From the NCBI GenBank assembly GCA_963737905.1, contig CAVTUQ010000009.1, positions 128,001-192,000 of the forward strand: a stretch of DNA of 64,000 bases, given 5' to 3'. Shown here in pieces: positions 31,029 to 40,526 of this stretch. Positions within the stretch are counted from its first letter, which is position 1, and each line of letters opens with the position of its first letter. The DNA comes from an uncultured delta proteobacterium. GTDB lineage: Bacteria > Desulfobacterota > Binatia > UBA9968. The translations under genes were made by a program, and so were the position numbers. The notes beneath the pieces were generated by a model. That model did not search any database. It saw only the letters and a program-made list of their open reading frames with translations, and had not been told where the DNA came from.

Positions 31029-31063
31029 ATCCCTCGAGGCCGGTGCTTGCAACCTCGAGGGGA
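31029..31063. other. Intergenic hairpin
   Basis: TCCCTCGAGG...CCTCGAGGGG stem just downstream of the tctC stop. Confidence 0.5.
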
Positions 31064-31070
31064 CACCCGT

Positions 31071-32103
31071 TTAGTTGCTGAGTATCTTCTTCACCCGCGC
31101 GATAACGTCAGGTGGCTGATCCAGTATCCGGTTCGCGAGCTTCTCGAGATTTTCGCCGCTCGTCGGATCGACATCCATCCTCGCTTGTTTAGCTTCAGCC
31201 AAAAGCTCGGGGTCCTTCAAAGCCTGCTCAAAAGCACTCCGCAATTGCTTGGTGTGTTCCGGGGCCGTGCCGGGACCAGCGAAAATCGGCCGGCCGAAGG
31301 ATTCGGCGGCCAAAATAACGTCAGCAACGCGCCGACTGCTCTCAGGAACCTTTTCTTTGTCGAAAATTTCGCGCAAGGTGGGCACGTCCGGGATTCTTTC
31401 GTCGCGTTTATCGCCGGTAAAAAGCAGGATGCGAACAAACTTCTTTTTGTCCCAAGAGATGAACGGCTCGCGGCCAAAGTAGGGAGAGGCGGTCATACCG
31501 CGGCAGATGACTTCCCCTTTTTCTACGGCAAGATCGATCTCAGAGCCGCCGGGATAACCTAAAACGGTCGTGATCTTCAGCGGCGGTAGAGTCTCTTCGA
31601 GCAATCGAGCCAAGATAAAGTCTGTGCTGACCGTGCCGGTGGAGCCGCATTTGGGCGGTTCTTTGGCGCTTTTGACGTCATAGATCGTCTTGTACGGAGC
31701 ATCGGTCCGGATATATAAGATCATCGGTTCTCTGACCGGAGAACCGATCCAGGCTGAACTTGCGAATGTCGAATTTAACTTCCGCCCGGCCCACCAGTTG
31801 ATCGAGATAGATGCCGTTGCTTGGATAGCCAATTGTCAGCCCGTCCGGCTTGGCCACGCTGTAGACATAATTGGTGGCGACCACCGATCCAGCGCCGGGC
31901 ATGTTTTGAACGATCATCTCGGGATTTCCCGGTATGTATTTCGGCATGAAACGCGCTAACAAGCGCGCCCACCGATCGTAGAAACCCCCAGCGGTAAAGC
32001 CAACGACGCTCTTGATCTGCTTTCCTTGATAATAGTTGGTCTGGCCGAAAAGTGGATACTGTGACCCAAGAATTAAACAAAGGGTAAGGATCAGTCTTTT
32101 CAT
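31071..32103 (-). CDS. TctC/Bug-type binding protein, frameshift near 31755
   Basis: N-half in ORF 31678-32109 (GGFYD, QNMPGAG) and C-half in ORF 31071-31832; AGGAG RBS. Confidence 0.85.
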
Positions 32104-32181
32104 AAACAACTCCTACTTGTAGCTCTTAGACGACAATAGGGAAGGTTCAATACAATAACCCTAAATCATAGCAGGCCTCGT

Positions 32182-32315
32182 AAAGATGAGTCGGGGTTGG
32201 CGGAGACGGTAAAGCGAGGCCGGTTTCAGAAGATGGAAGAAGAGGAGGGCCGCACATTTGAAGGCGCGATACCGCTGGTGGTATCGCGCCACCTCTGAAC
32301 CCTTGACTCATCTTT
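32182..32315. other. Structured intergenic element with terminal IRs and an internal hairpin
   Basis: AAAGATGAGTCGGGGTT / AACCCTTGACTCATCTTT, with inner GGCGCGATACC-N6-GGTATCGCGCC. Confidence 0.55.
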
Positions 32316-32342
32316 TTATGGAGCGTCGTTGGGTGACTCGCT

Positions 32343-32855
32343 TTAATATCCCAACCAAGTGAAAATGAGTCCATCAGGGAATGGCAAAGTTAAAAGCTTA
32401 ACAAACAGGAAATAGAAAAATACCCACGCTAGTCAAGTCAAAATAATGGAAATCATCCACTTCTCGTTTGACTGAATCTTAAGATAAGAAAAAACCATTA
32501 ACGGGATCGTGATGGAGAAGCCGATCAGCCAGATACTGAAGAAGAAGCCGAAGAGCCAGCAGAACATGGTAATCGCTCGGCGTTTGGCTATCTTAGGGTC
32601 AACCGTCTGGCTGAACTGATAGTCCATAACCGGGGCTTCGTCCTTTTGTTTTCTTTCCACCCCCTTCAAGTCGAGGATCACCTGGATGAGGGCCAAGATG
32701 ATCATGGGGATGCCGATGGCCCACGGGTAAAGCCGGGCCTGGAGTCGCCAATCTTGGGCTTGATAAACGAAGACGATAAAAAAGATAAGAAAAACAAAGC
32801 TAAAAATAGCTTGAGGTTTGACCTTCAAGAGGAGATCCCTCCTTAGTTTGCCCAA
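32343..32855 (-). CDS. tctB: TctB small membrane subunit, frameshift near 32433
   Basis: ARLYPWAIG and LIGF..T.P; the tail AWVFFYFLFVKLLTLPFPDGLIFTWLGY* follows in another frame. Confidence 0.8.
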
Positions 32856-33868
32856 CCGTAGAGCCTGACGGCGTTAGCGCGCATGATCTTATCCTTTTGT
32901 TTGTCGCTGATATCTTTCCGCTCCTTCACCGTTGACGTCATGTAAGGGAAGCTGCCATCCCAGTGAGGGTAGTCCGACGCGAATAAAATCGTATCTTCGC
33001 CGATCCGTTCCATCACGTAGGGCAAGGTGCTTTCTTCCGGTTCGGTGGCGTAGAACCAATTGCCGCTGGTCATATATTCGCTCGGTTTCTTTTTAAGCAG
33101 CGGCGCTTCCGACTGCCGTTTCTCCCATTCTTCGTCCAAACGGTCCATCCAGTAGGGGACCCAACCACAACCGCATTCCAGAAAAGCTATGCGCAACCGG
33201 GGAAACTTCTCGGGCACACCCCCATACATCAGGGCAGCGCAATCTAGCAGAGTTTCGAATGGACGTCCAATGGTATGACGGAAAAGGAAAGTGTCAAAGC
33301 GGATCTCGCCGGCCGGTCCCTGGCGCGAATTGTGGATTAACAAGGGCGCGTTGAGTTTTTGGAGTTCTTCGTAGATGGGCCAATAGGTAGGCTGTCCCAC
33401 ATGTTCTTTCATGCCAAACGTGCCCACCGTGATGCCGACGAGGCCCAACTTGGTAATCGCCCGATTGACCTCTTTGACCGCAGCATCGACATCCTGAAAC
33501 GGCACAAGTCCCACGGCCTTGAGACGCGGGCTTTCAGCGCAGAGGCTTGCGACCCAATCATTGTACCCGCGACAAAAGGCGGCCGCGTAATCTTTCTCCG
33601 GCAGTTGGGTTACTCCGAACCCCCCGGTGGGGAAAAGAACCGAGATGTCAATTTTTTCAGTGTCCATGTCCTTCAGGCGGGTGGGCACATCGGTAATATT
33701 CAAGCCGAGTGTGCCGTACATGCTGGAGTCCCAGACATCATTCGGCAGCAGTGACCCCTGGCGTCGGCTGTAAGGCTCTGCCATGAATTTTCGAATGTCC
33801 GCGTCGCGATCTCTCACATGACCATCGGCATCGATAATCTTTACATTGGCCAGATTGGGGCTTTCCAT
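32843..33868 (-). CDS. Amidohydrolase_2 family protein
   Basis: IIDADGH, YNDW, LECGCGW and FASDYPHWD motifs. Confidence 0.9.
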   Translation of the reverse strand: MESPNLANVKIIDADGHVRDRDADIRKFMAEPYSRRQGSLLPNDVWDSSMYGTLGLNITDVPTRLKDMDTEKIDISVLFPTGGFGVTQLPEKDYAAAFCRGYNDWVASLCAESPRLKAVGLVPFQDVDAAVKEVNRAITKLGLVGITVGTFGMKEHVGQPTYWPIYEELQKLNAPLLIHNSRQGPAGEIRFDTFLFRHTIGRPFETLLDCAALMYGGVPEKFPRLRIAFLECGCGWVPYWMDRLDEEWEKRQSEAPLLKKKPSEYMTSGNWFYATEPEESTLPYVMERIGEDTILFASDYPHWDGSFPYMTSTVKERKDISDKQKDKIMRANAVRLYGWAN

Positions 33869-33908
33869 AAAAAATTCCTCCTCAAATAAAAATCAACAAT
33901 TAGAAATA

Positions 33909-34002
33909 CGGAGTGCTGGGGTACTGGAGCATTGGAGTATTGGGTCGTTGCGCGATACGCATTACTCCATCACTCCCATTCTCTTTTCCTTCATCACTCC
34001 AG
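33909..34002. repeat. GGAGTATT-type octamer palindrome
   Basis: GGAGTGCT GGGGTACT GGAGCATT GGAGTATT ... TTACTCCA TCACTCCC ... TCACTCCA. Confidence 0.7.
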
Positions 34003-34004
34003 TC

Positions 34005-35054
34005 TTATGCTGCGAACCGCACTTGCGCCGGATTGAGGGCGCCGAACTTTGCTTTGTTTGCTGTAATCTCCAACGACTCCGCGACTTTTTCAATGCCTTC
34101 GAGTTTATGAGTGATCATCGGATCGATGTTGATTCTTTTCTGCGCGATCAAACGCGCGGCGAGAACCATTTGCTTCGGTGTCGCCAGCTCCGGCGGGAAC
34201 ATGTACGTGACCCTTTTGGCCCTTAAATAATTGAAGTCGAGTGTCACCGGCTCATGAAAATGCGGAATACTCATCACCTTTCCGCCGGCAGCTACACACG
34301 CAACTGCATCCGTAACCGTCGAACCGCCCGAAAGTCCCATCTTCGGGCTGCCGCTGGCAGCTTCAATCACAAACGGTACGCCTTTACCTTCGGTGAGCTC
34401 CATCACTCGCTCAACGACATTTTCCTTCGCCGCATTGATGGTGATATCGGCTCCAAGTGTGTGGGCCATTTGTAGAATATCGTCGCGACGATCCACGCCA
34501 ATAACCGTGTCGGCGCCCGCCGCCTTCGCGACTTGGGTGCAGTTAAGGCCCATGACGCCCTGGCCAAAGACCAAGACCGTGTCGCCCAACGTGACGCCGA
34601 GGGCGGTTACGTCGAAGATGCAGCTGGTCAGGGGTTGTATCGCGGCCACTTCCCAATCTGTAACGCCGTCAGGCATCTTGGCCAGCGCATCGAGGGGTAT
34701 AGCGGCATATTCCGAGAAACAGCCAGGGAAATCACGCCCAATGGTGCCAATGTGCGTGTGGGTAGCGCCGACGCGGTCGCCCGAGTGCAAGCCATATTGG
34801 TTCTTTTCATCAACGTCGACAATTTCGGCGCAAAACTCGTGACCAAACAGCTGTTGCGGGCCCTTGGCGAGTGCCTTTTTGACTTTATCGTAACTGTTGG
34901 AGCGCTCTCCATAGAAGAGCTGAACTTCCGTGACCGAGGGCTGAACCACTTTGGTTTTGACGATGGCCCAACCGGGCTTGATTACCGGGTAGGGCACTTC
35001 TTCAAGTCGTATTTCATTGAAGGCGTGGGTCAACCAGCCCCTGACGGTCTTCAT
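34005..35054 (-). CDS. MDR (Zn-ADH-like) dehydrogenase, atypical
   Basis: GHEF and GQGVMG Rossmann motif; no structural-Zn Cys lobe. Confidence 0.85.
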   Translation of the reverse strand: MKTVRGWLTHAFNEIRLEEVPYPVIKPGWAIVKTKVVQPSVTEVQLFYGERSNSYDKVKKALAKGPQQLFGHEFCAEIVDVDEKNQYGLHSGDRVGATHTHIGTIGRDFPGCFSEYAAIPLDALAKMPDGVTDWEVAAIQPLTSCIFDVTALGVTLGDTVLVFGQGVMGLNCTQVAKAAGADTVIGVDRRDDILQMAHTLGADITINAAKENVVERVMELTEGKGVPFVIEAASGSPKMGLSGGSTVTDAVACVAAGGKVMSIPHFHEPVTLDFNYLRAKRVTYMFPPELATPKQMVLAARLIAQKRINIDPMITHKLEGIEKVAESLEITANKAKFGALNPAQVRFAA

Positions 35055-35177
35055 AACTCGATCTCCTTTTTCCGCAGAAGCGATACCACAGGCGCGAATG
35101 AGAGGTCAATGGTTATGCAAGTCTTTTTTTGTCGGATCGAGGTGTGATAAGGGGGAGCCAAAGCCGAGTGGTACATT

Positions 35178-36374
35178 ATGGACTTTCGTCTTTCGAGCGC
35201 CGAAGAGGGCCTGCGCAAAAAGGTCGAGGAATTCGTTCGCGATGAACTGATCCCTCGTGAGCCGGAATTTGCGCAGGCGCCGGATATTTTTGAAGGCAGC
35301 CGGTGGAAAAGCCGCGCGAGGTTGAGCCGTGATCCGGAAATTCGTCGTTACATCGAAATCATGGAAGGCTTGGAGAAGAGGGCGGAAGCCGCCGGTCTAT
35401 GGTATCTCGACGTTCCCCAGGAATATGGCGGACTCGATGTCAGCAATGTCGCCATGATCGCCGTAACCGAGGAGCTTGAGAAAACGTCGATCCCGTTCGA
35501 GCTCGGCAACCATGTTTCGAATATACTTTACAGTTGTCGCGGCGATCAGATCGACCGCTTCCTGCTGCCGTGCATTCGTGGGGAAAAGACTTCGGCATTC
35601 GGCTTGAGTGAACCGGCATCCGGCGCCGACCCTTCCATGCTCCTAACGACCGCGACGCCTGACGGCGAGGACTTCGTTATCAATGGGACGAAGATGTTTC
35701 CAACCTTTGCTGACGTTGCGGACTTTGTCCAGCTTTTCGCGCGTCTGCCGGGCACAAAAGGTCGCGAGGGAGTGACTTGCTTTTTGATCGATACGGGAAC
35801 GCCGGGATATCGCGTCGCGCGCAGTATTGCGACGATCGCCGGCACCGAACCGTGCGAGCTCATTTTCGAGGACTGCCGCGTTTCAAAGACGCAAGTGTTA
35901 GGCGAAGTGGGCAACGGTTGGGAACTCAACCAGGCCTGGTTAGGCGCTAGACGATTTCAGGTCGGCATTCGCTCTCACGGTATGTCGCAGCGGGTCTTAC
36001 GGTATGTGGCGGATCTGTTGCGCCATGACTCCCAGGAAGCCGAAAAGTTCGCGGGAACGCTCGGCCATTTCTTGGCGGAACTGGCCGCGCTACGAACTTT
36101 GACCTATTGCGGTGCCTGGAAGGCCGATCAAAAAATGGATGTCCGTTCCGAGGCCGCCAACGTAAAGCTGTTTGGCACCGAGCTGGTCCACAAGATCATT
36201 GATTTTGCCTTCGAGGTTGCGGGCCCTTCTGTGCTGCGTAAAGAGCATGCCGTCGCCAGAGCTTTCCGCCACGCGCGTTCTCGACGGATTGTCGAAGGAC
36301 CGTCGGAAATCCAACGTCATATTATCCAGCGGGCTCTGTTTCGCGAAGGCGTGGAGTCTTTGGAGTTGATCTAG
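35178..36374 (+). CDS. Acyl-CoA dehydrogenase, catalytic subunit
   Basis: GLSEPASGAD, INGTKMF and RIVEGPSEIQR motifs. Confidence 0.9.
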   Translation: MDFRLSSAEEGLRKKVEEFVRDELIPREPEFAQAPDIFEGSRWKSRARLSRDPEIRRYIEIMEGLEKRAEAAGLWYLDVPQEYGGLDVSNVAMIAVTEELEKTSIPFELGNHVSNILYSCRGDQIDRFLLPCIRGEKTSAFGLSEPASGADPSMLLTTATPDGEDFVINGTKMFPTFADVADFVQLFARLPGTKGREGVTCFLIDTGTPGYRVARSIATIAGTEPCELIFEDCRVSKTQVLGEVGNGWELNQAWLGARRFQVGIRSHGMSQRVLRYVADLLRHDSQEAEKFAGTLGHFLAELAALRTLTYCGAWKADQKMDVRSEAANVKLFGTELVHKIIDFAFEVAGPSVLRKEHAVARAFRHARSRRIVEGPSEIQRHIIQRALFREGVESLELI

Positions 36375-36395
36375 AGGCTGGGAGGGAAAGAAATT

Positions 36396-36480
36396 AACCG
36401 CAAAGGCTGCAAAGAACACAAATGGTAGGGACGGGTTCAACCCCACTCCTACTTTGCGGTCTATGCGTTCTTTTGCGGTT
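36396..36480. repeat. CGCAAAG-type nonamer palindrome with a nested GTAG-type REP
   Basis: AACCGCAAAGGCTGCAAAGAACACAAA [GTAGGGACGGG-TTCAA-CCCCACTCCTAC] TTTGCGGTCTATGCGTTCTTTTGCGGTT. Confidence 0.75.
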
Positions 36481-36494
36481 TCTCTGTTTGTTTT

Positions 36495-37628
36495 ATGGAT
36501 TTTAAGCTAACCGAAGAGCAAGAGCTTATCAGAAACACTGCGGCGCAGTTTGTGCGGCGAGAGTTACTGCCGCTGGAAGGCGCCTATCTGAAGCAGGAAG
36601 AGTTGTTTCTGCCTCCCGGAGATCCGCCGCGACGCGAGCTTGATCCTGATATCCGCGAAGCTCTGATGCGTCGCGCTAAGCAAGTCGGGCTCTGGGCGCT
36701 GGAGCTGCCGGAATCGGCGGGTGGATCAGCGATGACCGCAATGGCGCGGGTTCTTATACATCGCGAGTTTGGTCGAACGATTTTGCCCTTTGAACCGCTT
36801 TGTATTCCCGCATTGATGGCGGAGAACAATCATGTGAACGAGATCGTTGACGGCAAACTCGCCCTCGGGTTTGCTTTCGATGAGGTTCACAAAACCGGAA
36901 CTTTCCAGAGCATTCGAACGCGCTACCGGGAGATCTCCGGTGGTTATTTGCTCAGCAATGCCAGTATCGACATAATCAAACCTGGCTCTGATCTCCACCT
37001 TTTCCCGGCGAAGGAGGAGGGAACGGAGCGCCTTGGCTTGTTCTTGCTTGACAGGAATACGCCTGGGGTTTCCATCGGAGACGAAGTTGACCTGACCACG
37101 GATGCAAGCGTGGGAAGGATGACCTTGCGCGATTGTAAGCTTCGGAGCGAACAGTTGGTGGGATACGAGTACGAGGTCGCAGCGATCATCGCGTCAGAGC
37201 AGTTGCGCATTGCAGCGCGTTCTCTGGGAATCGGCATGCGCTGCCTCGCCAACTCCATTGATCACGCCCGGAACCGGATCACCTTCGGGAGACCGCTGGC
37301 TCAACGCCAGGCGATTCAATGGATGCTGGCGGACCTGTCCATCGATTTGCGCACTTGCACGTGGCTCACTTTGGAGGCCGCCTGGCGGGCAGATCAGGAA
37401 TTGCCTTATTTTCAAGCGGCCGCTCTGGCCAAGAAGCGGGCTGCAAAGATGGCCTTCGAAGCCGCCGACACTGCGATCCAGATTCATGGCGGCTACGGAG
37501 TCTGCAAGGAATTCCCGTTTGAAGGATTCTATCGCGAGGCGCGGCTGATGCGGTTGCTCTACGGGCGTGAGGGCGAAATCGATCGGACGATCGGCGAGCG
37601 ATTCCTGAGAGAAGGCGATAGGCACTAG
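36495..37628 (+). CDS. Acyl-CoA dehydrogenase, probable non-catalytic subunit
   Basis: RITFGRPLAQRQAIQ and IQIHGGYG are kept; lacks the TEPxxGSD motif and the C-terminal catalytic EG. Confidence 0.85.
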   Translation: MDFKLTEEQELIRNTAAQFVRRELLPLEGAYLKQEELFLPPGDPPRRELDPDIREALMRRAKQVGLWALELPESAGGSAMTAMARVLIHREFGRTILPFEPLCIPALMAENNHVNEIVDGKLALGFAFDEVHKTGTFQSIRTRYREISGGYLLSNASIDIIKPGSDLHLFPAKEEGTERLGLFLLDRNTPGVSIGDEVDLTTDASVGRMTLRDCKLRSEQLVGYEYEVAAIIASEQLRIAARSLGIGMRCLANSIDHARNRITFGRPLAQRQAIQWMLADLSIDLRTCTWLTLEAAWRADQELPYFQAAALAKKRAAKMAFEAADTAIQIHGGYGVCKEFPFEGFYREARLMRLLYGREGEIDRTIGERFLREGDRH

Positions 37629-37636
37629 GCAACGGT

Positions 37637-37721
37637 TTGAACTGCTTGAACGTATTGAACGTTTTGAACGAAACCACGTATTTTGGTTCAAGTGTTCAAA
37701 TCGTCCAAAAAGTTCAAGTCG
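37637..37721. repeat. TTGAAC/GTTCAA 9-bp tandem-repeat palindrome
   Basis: TTGAACTGC TTGAACGTA TTGAACGTT TTGAACGAA ... GTTCAAGT GTTCAAATC GTCCAAAAA GTTCAAGTC. Confidence 0.85.
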
Positions 37722-37753
37722 TGTTTCTGGGTTAGCTGATAAGGGAGGGAAGA

Positions 37754-38905
37754 ATGCGACGTAAGAAAGTTTGTTTCGTTGGTTACGGATCGACGGAGTA
37801 TTCGCGAAAATCCGAGGCGCCGGTCTTGTGGTATTACGCCGAGGCTATCCGCAATGCTCTGAAGCAAACAGGACTTCACAAGAAGGAGATCCAGGGGCTT
37901 TCGATCACGACTCAAGTGAGTCCCGACTACTCGCCTCATGTGGCGGAGCAGCTTGGGTTGGAAGTGGATTGGGTGTTAAACGGCGATTACGGCGGTGCCG
38001 GCGGCGTGATGAGTGTGCGCCGGGCGGCGGACGCCATCGAAGCGGGTCACGTCGATCTTATTGTCCTGGTGGGCGGCAACTCCTTCGACAGAAGTACTCC
38101 ACAGCAACGTCTGCTTGAGTATCAGCGCGCGAATTATGTCGATGTCTACGGTTACGGCGGACCGAACACGCTCATGGCGCTGATCCAACGGCTGCACATG
38201 GCGCAGTACGGCACGACACTCGAGCAGATCGGCAAGATCGCTATGGCGCAGCGGGAGAACGCGCTCAATAATTCACAGGCGTTGTTTCGCGAGCCCATGA
38301 GTTTTCAGGATTATCTCAATTCGCGGATGATTTCAGATCCCATCCGTCTCTTCGATTGCGTGATGCCTTGTTCCGGCGCCGAGTGTGTGATCTTGGCTTC
38401 GGAGGAGAAAGCCAAAAAGATCACCGACAAACTTGTTTATCTTGTCACGGACGCGGAGAGATCTCATTTTCAGGTTGCCAATATGCTCCCGGACAAGACG
38501 ACTTTCGGAATGAAAATCGTTGGCGAGCGCATCTTCAGCGAAGTCAAGCGCGAGGATATCGACCTTTTTGAAATCTACGACGACTATCCCATCGCCGTCA
38601 TGATTCAGATTGAAGACTTTGGCTATTGCAAGAAAGGCGAGGGCGGTAAATTCGTCGAGGTTCACGATTTGACTTATAAGGGAGATTTTCCCGTCAATAC
38701 CGGTGGCGGCGAGCTCTCCGTCGGGCAAGCGGGACTGGCCGGCGGTTTTCTGCACATCGTTGAGGCATTGCGACAGCTCCGAGGCGAGGCCGAGGGACAT
38801 CAAGTAAAAAAGGCCGAGCGTGCCCTGGTGACCGGAATCGGGTGGTTGAACTACGGCCGCAATCTCGGCACCACGGCGGCCCTGGTCTTGGAAAGGAGAA
38901 AGTGA
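37754..38905 (+). CDS. SCP2-type thiolase-like protein (Ltp2/aldolase-like)
   Basis: PIRLFDC, EIYDDY, NTGGGELS and EALRQLRGEA; GGAGG replaces the nucleophile Cys position. Confidence 0.88.
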   Translation: MRRKKVCFVGYGSTEYSRKSEAPVLWYYAEAIRNALKQTGLHKKEIQGLSITTQVSPDYSPHVAEQLGLEVDWVLNGDYGGAGGVMSVRRAADAIEAGHVDLIVLVGGNSFDRSTPQQRLLEYQRANYVDVYGYGGPNTLMALIQRLHMAQYGTTLEQIGKIAMAQRENALNNSQALFREPMSFQDYLNSRMISDPIRLFDCVMPCSGAECVILASEEKAKKITDKLVYLVTDAERSHFQVANMLPDKTTFGMKIVGERIFSEVKREDIDLFEIYDDYPIAVMIQIEDFGYCKKGEGGKFVEVHDLTYKGDFPVNTGGGELSVGQAGLAGGFLHIVEALRQLRGEAEGHQVKKAERALVTGIGWLNYGRNLGTTAALVLERRK

Positions 38906-39327
38906 TGGCGGAAGCGAGCTTACCTAAAAAGAGCCTACCTAAGATCAATAAAGTTGACGAGCCTTACTGGAAAGGCGCCGCTGCCGGCAAACTCCTGCTG
39001 CAAAAGTGCAAAGCCTGCGGCAAGCTCCAGTTCTTTCCGCGCGTGGTTTGTGTCGATTGCTTCAGCGGCGATATCGATTGGATTGAAGCCAAAGGGACCG
39101 GCAAAGTGCATACCTTCTCTTGGGTGCGCGTGCCGCGCAATCCCGCCTTCAAAGAAGACGTCCCCATCTGCTACATCAATGTGATTTTAGACGAAGGTGT
39201 GATCATGGAAAGCCGTCTGGTGGGAAAGGGAATCGACAACGTTAAGCTCGGCGACAGAGTCAAAGTGTCGTTTCAAGAAACGCACGACCCGGCGATCAAG
39301 CTACCTGTGTTTGAGTTGACCGGCTAG
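38905..39327 (+). CDS. DUF35 Zn-ribbon/OB-fold protein
   Basis: CKACG...FPRVVCVDC and GTGKVHTFS; start overlaps the thiolase stop (TGATG). Confidence 0.92.
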   Translation: MAEASLPKKSLPKINKVDEPYWKGAAAGKLLLQKCKACGKLQFFPRVVCVDCFSGDIDWIEAKGTGKVHTFSWVRVPRNPAFKEDVPICYINVILDEGVIMESRLVGKGIDNVKLGDRVKVSFQETHDPAIKLPVFELTG

Positions 39328-39329
39328 CA

Positions 39330-39361
39330 ATTTTTGATTTTCGATTACCGATTTTAGATTG
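39330..39361. repeat. ATTTTCG-type heptamer tract
   Basis: ATTTTTG ATTTTCG ATTACCG ATTTTAG ATT. Confidence 0.65.
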
Positions 39362-39433
39362 CGGTTAGACAGATAGTGAAACACAACTCAGAAATAGAAA
39401 TAACAATGATGAAGTAATCGATAGGGAGGAACC

Positions 39434-40411
39434 ATGAAAGCGAAAGACGTCCGCTGGTGGTTTGCAACTTTCCTGATTACGGCATTTTTTCTGACCGTTG
39501 ACGCACACGCTGGGCAGAAGGATTTACAAAAACTCACGGTGGGCTACACCCCCATTTCGGGCGCCGCAATTCCGTTCTTTATCGCGGTAGAAGAAAAAAT
39601 CTTTCAAAAATACGGCTTCGAGGTCGCTCCGGTGTTTATGGGTGGGTCGCCGCTCATTAATTCGGCGATTCTTGCCGGAGAATTTCCCATTGGCTACACG
39701 GGAGGAGGCGCGATCATATCGAGCCGTCTCAGCGGTAGCGATCTCATCGCCATCGCGGAGCCATTGCCAGTTCTGACCATCGATGGTTGGGCAAAGCCCG
39801 AGATCAAGTCTGTTACGGATCTCAGGGGGAAGAGAGTCGGCGTGACGCGCTTCGGGGCATCGAGTTATTTCGCAGGGCTCTCGATGCTGGAGTCGGCTGG
39901 GATCAAGCCCAACGAGGTAACTTTTATCCAAAACGGCGGTGTCGGAGAGTCTTACGCTGCCCTTGTGGGCGGTCGAGTAGACGTTTGCATGATCGGCTAC
40001 CCGTTCGGGTTGAGGGCGAAGAAAGAAGGTTTCCATCTCCTTTTCCGCCCTTCGGACACCGAATATGGCCTGTTCCCCACGGCTGTCATCGGAGCTCGAG
40101 AATCCTGGCTGAAGGATGGCAAGAACCGCAAGTTTGCAATGGACTTTTTACGCGCGCTCAATGAAGGGCAACGGCTCGCTAGAGAAAATGCCGAAGTAAC
40201 CAAAAAAGCTCTGGGAAGATTTACCCGAACCAAGAACGATGCGGAATTGCAAGGTAGCTTTGATTTCTACAAAGACGCTTTTTCCAGCACCCTCCGGGTG
40301 GTAGAGAAGTCCATGGCGAATGCGCTCAAATTTGTCGAGCATCCCAAGGCCAAAGGGGCCGATGTCAAGCAGTTTTATGACAACAGTTTGGTCGACGAAG
40401 CCATAAAATGA
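39434..40411 (+). CDS. ABC substrate-binding protein, NMT1/SsuA type
   Basis: Signal peptide; DLRGKRVGVTRFGASS. Confidence 0.88.
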   Translation: MKAKDVRWWFATFLITAFFLTVDAHAGQKDLQKLTVGYTPISGAAIPFFIAVEEKIFQKYGFEVAPVFMGGSPLINSAILAGEFPIGYTGGGAIISSRLSGSDLIAIAEPLPVLTIDGWAKPEIKSVTDLRGKRVGVTRFGASSYFAGLSMLESAGIKPNEVTFIQNGGVGESYAALVGGRVDVCMIGYPFGLRAKKEGFHLLFRPSDTEYGLFPTAVIGARESWLKDGKNRKFAMDFLRALNEGQRLARENAEVTKKALGRFTRTKNDAELQGSFDFYKDAFSSTLRVVEKSMANALKFVEHPKAKGADVKQFYDNSLVDEAIK

Positions 40412-40483
40412 TTTTGGATTGCCGATTTTCGATTTTAGATTCCGCGATTCTCAACCATGCCCTCTCCCTAAGAAGGGCGAGGG
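40410..40483. repeat. ATTTTCG heptamer tract plus a short CCCTCTCCC/GGGCGAGGG hairpin
   Basis: GATTTTG GATTGCC GATTTTC GATTTTA, overlapping the stop codon; hairpin at 40460-40483. Confidence 0.65.
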
Positions 40484-40526
40484 TCAACAAAAATCGTCTT
40501 AGGCTCAAACTAAGGAAGAAGCGACT

